Below are positions 1 to 9,135 of a stretch of 64,000 nt of DNA, piece after piece. The stretch is from Candidatus Aenigmatarchaeota archaeon (GTDB taxonomy: Archaea; Aenigmatarchaeota; Aenigmatarchaeia; QMZP01; QMZT01): positions 127,144 through 191,143 of the forward strand of contig JAFGCI010000006.1 in the NCBI GenBank assembly GCA_016932735.1, written 5' to 3'. Below the pieces are notes generated by a model. That model saw nothing but the letters and a program-made list of their open reading frames with translations, ran no database searches and was not told where the DNA came from. The translations under genes were made by a program, and so were the position numbers. The first letter of the stretch is position 1, and each line of letters begins with the position of its first letter.

Positions 1-2
1 AT

Positions 3-503
3 AAAAGTCTCCCGCACATACATCCTGAATTATGCTCACAGGAACAGGGGTGCAAGCTCAAGAGGACCGCAGTCTATCTTATGATAGGGATTTTTCTTCA
101 CAATTTTCCCGAAGGTATGGCTATAGCTTTGGGCGATGTCGCAACGACCACGTCCCTGACATTAATAATCGCACTCGCAATAGCAATCCATGACATACCC
201 GAAGCGATATGTACCTCAGCGCCTTATTACCACTGCACAAAAAAGAGGCTAAAGGCCTTCCTGCTATCTTCATCTACCATGATTCCGACATTTATAGGAT
301 TTATAATCGGGAAGATTCTTTTCGGTATAATACCCCTATCGGTTGTGGGTATAATAATAGCAGCAACTGCAGGTATAATGATTTACATATCAGCGGATGA
401 ACTTATTCCGGCTTCATGTGTGCAGAAATCCGACCACGGAACCATATTCTCGCTTATAATAGGGATATTATTTGTGATGTTCTTGGGATACATAGGAATT
501 TAG
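3..503 (+). CDS. zupT: ZIP-family (ZupT/GufA) divalent metal transporter, 5'-truncated by window edge
   Basis: HNFPEG and HDIPEA metal-binding TM motifs; frame is open from position 3 upstream of the ATG at 81. Confidence 0.85.
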   Translation, partial: KSLPHIHPELCSQEQGCKLKRTAVYLMIGIFLHNFPEGMAIALGDVATTTSLTLIIALAIAIHDIPEAICTSAPYYHCTKKRLKAFLLSSSTMIPTFIGFIIGKILFGIIPLSVVGIIIAATAGIMIYISADELIPASCVQKSDHGTIFSLIIGILFVMFLGYIGI

Positions 504-514
504 AAGTCATTTCA

Positions 515-1117
515 CTACTTCTTCCTGTCGCCGCCTCCGCGAAGGAAAAGAGCGAACCTGAGAAGCAGTTCAAGGACGACTATGAATAGGAAGTAGTATA
601 TAAGTGTACCTGTCATTTCCGGAAGCGTGAAAAGCATCTGGAAGAAGAATGTATATGAAACTCCGGCTATGTCCAGCAGGAAGACGCCCATGAGCGCGAA
701 GGGAAGGAGTTTTGCAACATCCTTGGAGAGATCTTCATCGTAGTAGGCAGTAACTCTTATTGATGTCAGAACCGCCATTGCAATAAGGAATATATTGTCT
801 ATTGAAACAACTTTGGAAAGAACAGTCATCATTGCTGTGAATCCTATGAACCACATGAAAGCGACGATAGGGAACAGGAACACATATTCCAGAACAAGCA
901 GAAGCTTTTTCAGGCCTTTGTGGCTGTCGCCTTCCCTTATCTTTATCTTAAAGACTTCCCGCTTTGCGATGAAACGGTAGAACTTGAATATGAAGACAGA
1001 GTATATTATCATGCCGATTGCAAACATTATCAATGGCTCCAGAATCGTTACGGCATTGCCCACAGACAGCCCCGTTACCTGCCCGCTTATTGTTGAGAGG
1101 GTCTGCATAATGTCCAT
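515..1117 (-). CDS. Hypothetical multi-pass membrane protein
   Basis: 200-aa ORF with about 5 hydrophobic segments; no family recognised. Confidence 0.7.
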   Translation of the reverse strand: MDIMQTLSTISGQVTGLSVGNAVTILEPLIMFAIGMIIYSVFIFKFYRFIAKREVFKIKIREGDSHKGLKKLLLVLEYVFLFPIVAFMWFIGFTAMMTVLSKVVSIDNIFLIAMAVLTSIRVTAYYDEDLSKDVAKLLPFALMGVFLLDIAGVSYTFFFQMLFTLPEMTGTLIYYFLFIVVLELLLRFALFLRGGGDRKK

Positions 1118-1190
1118 ATTGACATATTCGCAATCCGGATATTTTAGCTTTTTTAATATTTTTTTAAACTTTCCGATTCAATCTCTTGTT

Positions 1191-2168
1191 ATGATTTGTT
1201 TAGGAATCGAATCGACCGCTCACACGTTCGGTGTGGGGATAGCGGATGAGAAAGGAAACATCCTTTCAGACGAGAAGGACACATACAAGTCCAAGGAAGG
1301 GTGGGGCATCATCCCGATTGAATCAGCAGAGCATCACAGGGAAGTCGCAGATTCGCTGATACAAAAAGCGCTCGCGGCAGCTTCTCTTGAAATGAAAGAT
1401 ATTGACCTGATTTCATTCTCGCAGGGTCCTGGTCTTGCACCGTGCCTTTATGCGGGGCTCAACAAGACAATGGAGCTATCCAGGAACTTCAGCATACCGT
1501 ACATAGGAGTCAATCATTGCGTGGCTCACATAGAGATTGGAAAGATTTATGCAGAACAAAAAGACCCAGTCGTTGTCTTCACATCCGGCGCGAACACGCA
1601 GATAATCTCATTCAACAATGGTAGATACAGGATATTCGGGGAGACAATGGATGTCGGTCTCGGGAACGCTCTTGACAAGTTCGGAAGAAGCGCGGGGATA
1701 GGTTTTCCGGCCGGCCCGAAGATAGAGGAGCTGGGACGCTCAGGAAAGTGGATAGAGCTTCCTTACGTCGTAAAGGGAATGGATTTATCCTTTTCCGGTA
1801 TCGTTACAGAAGCTTCCAAGAGGCTTGAGAAAGGGTGCAGGCTTGAAGACGTCTGCTTCTCCATTCAGGAATCGATGTTTTCAATGGTGACAGAAGTCAC
1901 CGAAAGGGCGATTGCGCATCTGGGAAAAGAGGAAGTGATGCTCACGGGAGGCGTTGCTGCAAACAGATTCCTGCAGGAAAAATTAAGGATAATGTCTGAA
2001 GAGAGAAAAGCCAGATTCTCGGCATGCCCGATGAAGCTTGCAGGAGACAACGGAGCAATGATCGCATGGACAGGAATCCTTGCACATAAGTCAGGATATA
2101 AATCGGAAAAGGGAAAAATCCTCCCCAGATGGAGAGCAGATGACATGGAAATTTCTTGGATGAAATAA
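1191..2168 (+). CDS. kae1: tRNA N6-adenosine threonylcarbamoyltransferase Kae1/TsaD, stand-alone (no Bud32 fusion)
   Basis: LGIESTAHT, SQGPGL, VNHCVAH, ETMDVGLGNALD, GGVAAN, DNGAMIA motifs; start moved from 984 to ATG 1191 (MICLGIES). Confidence 0.95.
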   Translation: MICLGIESTAHTFGVGIADEKGNILSDEKDTYKSKEGWGIIPIESAEHHREVADSLIQKALAAASLEMKDIDLISFSQGPGLAPCLYAGLNKTMELSRNFSIPYIGVNHCVAHIEIGKIYAEQKDPVVVFTSGANTQIISFNNGRYRIFGETMDVGLGNALDKFGRSAGIGFPAGPKIEELGRSGKWIELPYVVKGMDLSFSGIVTEASKRLEKGCRLEDVCFSIQESMFSMVTEVTERAIAHLGKEEVMLTGGVAANRFLQEKLRIMSEERKARFSACPMKLAGDNGAMIAWTGILAHKSGYKSEKGKILPRWRADDMEISWMK

Positions 2169-2173
2169 AGGAA

Positions 2174-2731
2174 CTAACGTTTGGATTTTTTCTTCTTTAC
2201 AGGCTTCCTTTTTGTTGCTTTCTTCCTGATTGTTTTTCTCGCAGTCTTCTTCTTTATGACCGGTTTCCTTTTTGCAACCTTTCTTTTTGATGGTTTTTTC
2301 TTTGCGGAAGAAGCTTTTCCTTTAGGCATTCTTATTATGTCAATCTCAGCCATCTCAAGCTTCTCCATGTCTATCGGCTCTTCTTCCTGAACTGCCGGTT
2401 CTGTGTCCGGCTGCTGTTTTTCCCTGATGAATTCCGACCTGACGTTTTGCTCTTTGATTTCGGAATATACCGGTATCCCGCTCTTCAGTTCTGTTGCTTT
2501 TGTTTTCAGAAATTCGGAATCGGATTTCTTGTAGTGCTGGGTTTTTCTTCTGACGTAAAGATGATGCACTATGATAACAGTTCCCCACCCGACGACGAAA
2601 TAGAGAATCCACATATACTGGGCAAAAATGAAAAGGTTTGCAACGCCCAAAACAACTATGAGAACAAGATAAACCAGGAAATGCTTTCTGAACATTGCTT
2701 TTGTTCTGACAAGACTTTCATTAATCGACAT
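2174..2731 (-). CDS. Two-TM membrane protein with acidic linker and Lys/Arg-rich histone-H1-like C-terminal tail
   Basis: F..H...Y...N.....W....W 2TM-like pattern; tail KKKPSKRKVAKRKPVIKKKTARK...; probable start ATG 2731. Confidence 0.7.
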   Translation of the reverse strand: MSINESLVRTKAMFRKHFLVYLVLIVVLGVANLFIFAQYMWILYFVVGWGTVIIVHHLYVRRKTQHYKKSDSEFLKTKATELKSGIPVYSEIKEQNVRSEFIREKQQPDTEPAVQEEEPIDMEKLEMAEIDIIRMPKGKASSAKKKPSKRKVAKRKPVIKKKTARKTIRKKATKRKPVKKKKSKR

Positions 2732-2858
2732 TATAACTACCCCCCATCGAAACAGTGGTTTATTGTTCTTTTGCTGTCTTATAAAATTTTTCTGATTGTT
2801 ATCCCGGATTGAGGCAAACCAATTAAAAATTACTATACAAACAGTTACTGGGTGTTTT

Positions 2859-4202
2859 ATGGAGAGATTGAAGGTAGTTATAATAGGCGCAGCTGGAATG
2901 GATTTCCATGTTTTCAACACGGTTTTCCGGGATAATAAGGACTGCGATGTCAGAGCATTTACGATGGCGGGGGAGCAGAATCTCGGAACCGTCGAAGGTA
3001 AAAAAAGAATCTATCCGCCGGAACTTGCAGGCGTCCTTTATCCAAAAGGCATTCCAATCATTCCCGAAACAGAACTTGAGAATTTCATAAAAAGCGATAA
3101 CATTGATGAATGTTTCCTCGCCTATTCAGATCTGCCTTATCAAGAAGTCATGGCAAAGGCTTCCAAATGCCTTGCCGCGGGAGCGAACTTTTCCCTTATT
3201 TCTCCCAGATTCACCATGATAAAATCCAAGAAGCCCGTAATCTCGGTCTGCGCTGTAAGGACAGGATGCGGAAAAAGCCAGACGTCAAGAAAGGTTGTGC
3301 AGATAATAAAAGACCTCGGCTACAGGGTGGTCGCCATAAGAGAACCCATGCCTTACGGCGACCTTAAAGAGCAGGCATGCATGCGTTTTTCGGATTATTC
3401 TGATTTGGATAAGCACAAATGCACGATAGAGGAAAGGGAGGAGTACGAGCCTTACATAGAGAGGGGCCTTGTAATCTATTCCGGAGTCGATTACGGAAAG
3501 ATTATCAGGGAAGCCGAGAAGGAGGCCGATATAATCGTCTGGGACGGAGGGAACAATGAAGTATCTTTCTATGTTCCGGATATACTAATAACGGTTGCTG
3601 ACCCTCTTAGGCCAGGTCATGAACTGTCATACTATCCGGGAGAGGTCAACGCCAGAATGGCGGATTACATAATTATAAACAAGGAGGATTCTGCAAAACG
3701 GAGGGACATTGACAAGGTTCAGAAAAACATACTCAGAATAAATTCCAATGCAAAGATAATACACGCCGATTCGGTGGTAAGCGTAGATGACCCCGAAGCC
3801 GTGAAGGGCAAGAGGGTCATTGTAGTGGAAGACGGCCCCACGATAACACATGGCGAGATGCCTTATGGCGCGGGCATAGTTGCGGCCAATAAATACGGAT
3901 GCCTTATTGTTGGGGCAAGGGAAAACGCCGTGGGAACACTGAAAGATGTCTTTAGGAAATTCCCCCATATAGGCGATGTGCTTCCTGCAATGGGATACAG
4001 CGACCTTCAGCTGAAGGAGCTTGAGGAGACCATAAATAATACGGATTGTGATGTTGTTCTCAGCGGAACACCCATCGACCTGAGCAAGATAATCAAGACA
4101 GATAAGAAAATCATCAGGGTCCGCTATGACTTGGAGGAAAAGGGCAAACCAGACCTTAAGGATGCTATAAACGACTTACTTGATAAAAGTAACAGGGAAT
4201 AA
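2859..4202 (+). CDS. cpgS: Cyclic 2,3-diphosphoglycerate synthetase-like P-loop protein (COG2403-type)
   Basis: GAAGMDFHVFN, AVRTGCGKSQ, REPMPYG, WDGGNN, VEDGPTITHGEM motifs; start ATG 2859. Confidence 0.8.
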   Translation: MERLKVVIIGAAGMDFHVFNTVFRDNKDCDVRAFTMAGEQNLGTVEGKKRIYPPELAGVLYPKGIPIIPETELENFIKSDNIDECFLAYSDLPYQEVMAKASKCLAAGANFSLISPRFTMIKSKKPVISVCAVRTGCGKSQTSRKVVQIIKDLGYRVVAIREPMPYGDLKEQACMRFSDYSDLDKHKCTIEEREEYEPYIERGLVIYSGVDYGKIIREAEKEADIIVWDGGNNEVSFYVPDILITVADPLRPGHELSYYPGEVNARMADYIIINKEDSAKRRDIDKVQKNILRINSNAKIIHADSVVSVDDPEAVKGKRVIVVEDGPTITHGEMPYGAGIVAANKYGCLIVGARENAVGTLKDVFRKFPHIGDVLPAMGYSDLQLKELEETINNTDCDVVLSGTPIDLSKIIKTDKKIIRVRYDLEEKGKPDLKDAINDLLDKSNRE

Positions 4203-4283
4203 AAACAATATTAACCGGTTGGCTCGGGATTTAGCACAGTTTATATTTTATAACTATAATTATCTTCTGTGGTGGAAGGCAGG

Positions 4284-6308
4284 ATGGACTATCCGGATAT
4301 AAAAGCAGGTACAGAAGAAGCGCAGGAAATCATAAAGCTAGACGACATGATAGACAGGCTTGAAAACTTCCTGGACCAGAAATACAAGAAAGAGCTTCTC
4401 AAGGTCTCCCAGAAAGAACAGCCTCTTGTCATTGAATTCAAGAAGCTGGACAAATCCGTCTTTGCACTTTCTGAATTCCTTGTCAGCAACCCGGACAAAT
4501 TCTTTGAAGCCTCTGAAAAGGCAATAGCAAGGATGGACATCCCGAACCAGGTAAAGCTGCGTGTAATGGGCCTTCCGGAAGCTGTTATAATCAGGAACCT
4601 CAGGGCTGAACACCTGGGGAAATTCATTTCTATCGAGGGTATGGTAAAGAGAGCTTCCGAGATAAGGCCGGAAATCGTTGAGACTATATGGCACTGCGCA
4701 GGCTGCAACAGCGATATCAATCAGCCTGTTAAGATGGGATTCGTCACGAAGCCTTACATATGTCCTCATTGTAGGAAAAGAGAGGATTTCATCCGCAAGG
4801 GAAAGGTAATGAAAGATACAAGATGGGTTACAATTGAAGAGCCTTACGAGTTAACAGAGGGCGACCGGCCTTCACAGCTTACTGTTGTCATGAAAGAGGA
4901 CCTTGTCTCACAGGACGGGAGGCGAAACAGCGACCCTGGAAACAGGGTAAAGGTCACCGGCGTTATGAGGGAGATACCTAAAGGAAAGCCGACTTCTGTC
5001 AAAATGGATTTTTATCTTGAGGCTAACCATGTGGAGCCTGTGGAAATGGGCTGGAATATGATTGAATTCACGAAAGAGAACATAAAGGAAATTAAGGATA
5101 TGGCAGCCGATCCTAAGATTTATGAAAGGCTTGTCGATTCCCTTGCGCCTTCGCTATACGGCCTGAGGGAGATAAAGGAGGCAATCATTCTTCAGTTATT
5201 CGGCGGTGTTGGCCAGAGGCTTCCGGACGGAACGCATTTCAGGGGTGATATACACATACTCATAATCGGTGACCCGTCTGCGGGCAAATCGCAGCTTCTG
5301 AAGATGGTGCCGGAGATAATCCCGAGGGGAAAATACGTATCAGGCAAAGGTGTCACGGGAGCGGGTCTTACCGCAACGGTCCTGAAGGATGAGCTTTCGG
5401 GCGGATGGGTGCTTGAGGCGGGGGCGCTCGTCCTTGCCAATAAAGGTCTTCTGGCGATTGACGAGTTCGAGAAGATGGAACAGCAGGATCAGGTCGCGAT
5501 GCACGAAGCCCTTGAACAGGGATCGATTTCAATTGCAAAGGCTTCAATTGTAGCGACGCTTCCCGCAAAAACATCAGTCCTTGCCGGCGGAAACCCCACC
5601 AATTCAAGGTTTGACCCTTACCAGCCTATTGCAAAGCAGATAACGATTCCGGAGACGCTTCTTTCGCGTTTCGACCTTAAGTTCGCATTAAGGGATGTCC
5701 CCAATGAAGAGCAGGATAAGATACTCGTAGAGCATGTCCTGAAAGTCAGGGAAGGCGACAAGGATGTTGCTATGCCCGCAGTTGACAAGGAGCTCGTCAG
5801 AAAATACATAGCGTATGCGAAGGAGAACTGCAAACCGGTACTGACGCATGAAGCCGGAAAGACTCTTAGGAATTTTTATGTCGACATGAGAAAGAAGTCC
5901 GAGGGAACTGACAATGTTTCCATAACTTTAAGGCAGTTTGAGGGTCTCGTCCGTCTGGCAGCCGCATCAGCAAGAGTCCAGCTTTCTGATGTCATCAGGA
6001 AGGAGGACGCGAAAAGAGCTATCAAGCTCATGAAGTTCTCTCTAGTACAACTCGGTTATGATTACGAGACCGGTCAGATAGATGTCGACCGTTCTGAAGG
6101 CGCCACAAGCTCAAGCGAAAGGTCCAAGATAAGGAGATTGATGGAGATAATCGACATAATGTCCGAGACGGAGAAAGAGATGAAGATTTCCAAGATACGC
6201 GAGAAGGCAAAGGCGCAGGGCATAGATAACATTGATGAGATGATAGAGAAACTCAAGCTTCAGGGCATCCTGTGGGAGCCGAATCCGGGATTTGTCCAGA
6301 AGGCCTAG
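4284..6308 (+). CDS. mcm: MCM replicative helicase
   Basis: Zn finger CAGC..CPHC, Walker A GDPSAGKSQ, Walker B IDEFEKM, arginine finger SRFD, ITLRQFEGLVR; no intein. Confidence 0.97.
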   Translation: MDYPDIKAGTEEAQEIIKLDDMIDRLENFLDQKYKKELLKVSQKEQPLVIEFKKLDKSVFALSEFLVSNPDKFFEASEKAIARMDIPNQVKLRVMGLPEAVIIRNLRAEHLGKFISIEGMVKRASEIRPEIVETIWHCAGCNSDINQPVKMGFVTKPYICPHCRKREDFIRKGKVMKDTRWVTIEEPYELTEGDRPSQLTVVMKEDLVSQDGRRNSDPGNRVKVTGVMREIPKGKPTSVKMDFYLEANHVEPVEMGWNMIEFTKENIKEIKDMAADPKIYERLVDSLAPSLYGLREIKEAIILQLFGGVGQRLPDGTHFRGDIHILIIGDPSAGKSQLLKMVPEIIPRGKYVSGKGVTGAGLTATVLKDELSGGWVLEAGALVLANKGLLAIDEFEKMEQQDQVAMHEALEQGSISIAKASIVATLPAKTSVLAGGNPTNSRFDPYQPIAKQITIPETLLSRFDLKFALRDVPNEEQDKILVEHVLKVREGDKDVAMPAVDKELVRKYIAYAKENCKPVLTHEAGKTLRNFYVDMRKKSEGTDNVSITLRQFEGLVRLAAASARVQLSDVIRKEDAKRAIKLMKFSLVQLGYDYETGQIDVDRSEGATSSSERSKIRRLMEIIDIMSETEKEMKISKIREKAKAQGIDNIDEMIEKLKLQGILWEPNPGFVQKA

Positions 6309-6484
6309 CATTTGATTAGATTTATATTTATAACTACAGCATATAGCAAAATACAGGCAGATTTAACCAAGATGAGAATATTATGAAGTTCCTTGATTAA
6401 AAACGAGGACGGCTTTATGTCGTCTGGTGATTTGATACGTCAATTGAAATAAACGTCATAAAAAATATAGATGAATGCAAAAGA

Positions 6485-7366
6485 TTGTGGAATAAGTTCT
6501 CGCCTAACAGGGTCATTTGGGACCTTTGGGATATCAGCTTTTCGTTCTTTGATGAAAACGTCCATAAACCTTACTTTATTCTTATAAAGAATGAAAAGGA
6601 GGAGGGGATACTTCCATTGTGGTGGGATAACGAAAGCAAAGAATACCGTTATTTTGGTGGCGGCTTCACGGAAAACAGGTCATTCTGGTTTGATCTTAAA
6701 TATTTCTCGGTTATATTTGAGGCTATACCTGAAGGAACAAAAATTTATGATATAAATGAAAAATCGGCAGAGCCCTCGATTATAGCATACCCTCATCTGG
6801 GAAATTTCGTCGAAAAAGACGATTTTCGCTATTTCCTGAATATAGAGAAACTTAACAGCAGCTTCGATGAATATCTGAAGACTTTAAGTAATACACACAG
6901 AAAAAAATTCCGTCAGGATATAAAGAAAATAGAGAATATAAAACATTCCATTGAATGGTGCGGAAACGAATGTTTTGATGATTTGGTAAGATTCAACGTA
7001 AAAAGATTCGGAGACCAGTCGGATCTTTCAGACCGTTTCTTTACAGAATCTTTGAATAAGCTTTTTTCATATCTTGAGAAGGAAAAGATGCTCCAAGTCT
7101 CTGTATTTAAGATTAATGAAGAGGTAGAGGGCATACAGTATGCTGCTTTTTATGAAGGAATATATTATGTAATACAGGGAGGATATAATCTTGATATCAA
7201 GAATCTTGGCAAGTTTCTGATTACAGAACAGATAAAAAGAGCTATATCGCTGAATGCGAAGGAAATTGATTTTATGTGTGGTGAGAAGGACAGCTGGAAA
7301 GCGTTATGGAATTTTGAAACGGAGCAATATTATAATCTAAAAAAGCAGCCGTCAATGAAGAATTAA
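6485..7366 (+). CDS. GNAT-superfamily (FemAB/CelD-like) acetyltransferase-domain protein
   Basis: YLKTL...RKKFRQ, YQ-GGY, LG.FL...I..A, IDFMCG motifs; true start uncertain (frame open to 6431). Confidence 0.7.
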   Translation: MWNKFSPNRVIWDLWDISFSFFDENVHKPYFILIKNEKEEGILPLWWDNESKEYRYFGGGFTENRSFWFDLKYFSVIFEAIPEGTKIYDINEKSAEPSIIAYPHLGNFVEKDDFRYFLNIEKLNSSFDEYLKTLSNTHRKKFRQDIKKIENIKHSIEWCGNECFDDLVRFNVKRFGDQSDLSDRFFTESLNKLFSYLEKEKMLQVSVFKINEEVEGIQYAAFYEGIYYVIQGGYNLDIKNLGKFLITEQIKRAISLNAKEIDFMCGEKDSWKALWNFETEQYYNLKKQPSMKN

Positions 7367-9133
7367 ATCTGATAGCTCTTTGTTGAAATTTCTTACGATA
7401 TCAAATCCTCTGTCCCAGAACCTGCTGTCATCTATATCTATTCCTGCGCTCCGCAGCAGGAGCTTTCTGGGATTTTCGCTTCCGCCTGCCTCCAGCACGG
7501 CTTCAATCTTTGGTATGAAATTCTTCCCTTCTTCTTTGTACCCTGAATACAGGGAGAGCGCGAGCAGCTCTCCAAAATTATATGAATAACAATAGAATGG
7601 CGTATGGAAGATATGGGGTATGAAACTCCATTCATATCTGAACTCTTCAGGAACTTGGACAGCAGGTCCGAACTCTTCTTTCAGATTCTTTATATAAATT
7701 TCCGAGAGCTCGTCTTCTGTAAGGCCTTTAGGAATGTTTTCATGCGCTTTCAGCTCGAATTTTATGAAATAGTTCTGCCTTGATATCGTTGCATAAAATT
7801 CCTTCATCTTGTCAGAAAGAAGTGATATTTTCTCCTCTTTAGATGCTTCTTCGAGTAGCTTCTCAAACGCTATCATCTCGCAGAACGTTGAAGCCGTCTC
7901 GCATAACGGAAGCGGGGCATGATAGATGCTAATGGGATTTTTGCTGGCATAGGCATCATGTATCGCGTGGCCCAATTCATGTGCCAGTGTCGAGACATCG
8001 GTCGATTTTCCTGTATAATTCAATAAAATATAAGGGGTTATTTTTGGCGTCACGCTTGAACATGAACCTCCGGCCATCTTGTCTTTTCGCGGGTGGGAAT
8101 CTATATGGCCTCTGAAAAGAATGTCAGCTTTCTTTCTGAATGAAGGTGAGAATTCGGAAAATGTCGACAAAACAGTCTTTCTTGCTTCTGCAAAAGGTAT
8201 GTATTTCTTCTTTTCTTTAATCGGTGCATGGAGATCATATCTGGAAAGCTTTTTCATTCCCAGTGCTCTGGCTTTCAGCCTGAAGAAATCCCAGAATATT
8301 TTCCTGTTCTTTGTACAGGATTCTATCAATGCACCGACTGCATTATCGTCGATGTCATTAACAAAATTCCGCATGCTTATCGGAGAAGGGTATTTTCTCA
8401 GCTGGGATTCTATAAGCCAGTCCTTTACTATAGCCGAATATATAGTGAAAAACTTTTCCCTGTTGCATCCATAAACGTTAAAGACTGATTTATAAGCTTC
8501 CTTCCTTTTTTCTCTGTCAGCATTATGGAAAAGAGATGTTATCTCATCGAGAGTCAGTCTCTTGGTCTTTCCTCTTACATTCATTTCAAAACGCAAATCA
8601 TTAACTATCTTCCCATAAAGTTCCGTTACAACGCTAATTCCGTTCATGTCTTTTCTTGTTATTATGCTCTCCTCTTTCTGGGAAAGCGTATGTTTCGCTG
8701 ATTCCCGGTCACGCATGAATGCGTACTTCATCTTAGGAACTGAAGAAAACAATTTCTCAGCGTTCTTATCATCAAGTCTTTCTTTTCCTTTTACGGAGAA
8801 ACCTTTAATCCAGTGACCAATGGGTCTCGATTTGTCGCTTATTTTTATTGAAAGGTTCTCATTAATCGATTTATATTTCATTGCTTTCTGGGATTTCATA
8901 TTCTGAGCGTAGATGAGAAAGCTATATGTCCCAAGCATTGCCATCTTTTCTTCCAGAGCCTCCTCGAAGAATATCATCTTTCTGAATTCGGATTTGTCCA
9001 TTGAAGGTGACAGCTTTTCAAAGAAAAAATCCAGTTTTTGCATTTCATTTTCTATGTTTTTCGCCATCTCCAGAAATTTCGAGTCATTACTGATGATATC
9101 CCTGAGATTCCATAAAAGTTTTTCTTCTTTCAT
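7352..9133 (-). CDS. pepF: Oligoendopeptidase F (peptidase M3B)
   Basis: HELGH zinc motif, ETASTFCE, HIFHTPFYCYSYNFG. Confidence 0.92.
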   Translation of the reverse strand: MKEEKLLWNLRDIISNDSKFLEMAKNIENEMQKLDFFFEKLSPSMDKSEFRKMIFFEEALEEKMAMLGTYSFLIYAQNMKSQKAMKYKSINENLSIKISDKSRPIGHWIKGFSVKGKERLDDKNAEKLFSSVPKMKYAFMRDRESAKHTLSQKEESIITRKDMNGISVVTELYGKIVNDLRFEMNVRGKTKRLTLDEITSLFHNADREKRKEAYKSVFNVYGCNREKFFTIYSAIVKDWLIESQLRKYPSPISMRNFVNDIDDNAVGALIESCTKNRKIFWDFFRLKARALGMKKLSRYDLHAPIKEKKKYIPFAEARKTVLSTFSEFSPSFRKKADILFRGHIDSHPRKDKMAGGSCSSVTPKITPYILLNYTGKSTDVSTLAHELGHAIHDAYASKNPISIYHAPLPLCETASTFCEMIAFEKLLEEASKEEKISLLSDKMKEFYATISRQNYFIKFELKAHENIPKGLTEDELSEIYIKNLKEEFGPAVQVPEEFRYEWSFIPHIFHTPFYCYSYNFGELLALSLYSGYKEEGKNFIPKIEAVLEAGGSENPRKLLLRSAGIDIDDSRFWDRGFDIVRNFNKELSDLILH

Positions 9134-9135
9134 TT

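Noticed and set aside
984-1190. ORF-track N-terminal extensions (Kae1; likewise 2174, 2796, 33033, 41594, 46149 ORFs)
   Set aside because: They overlap divergent genes or promoters and precede the conserved family start, so starts were moved downstream.
4203-4283. Replication origin beside mcm
   Set aside because: No ORB-like repeats, no cdc6/orc1, spacer only about 80 nt.
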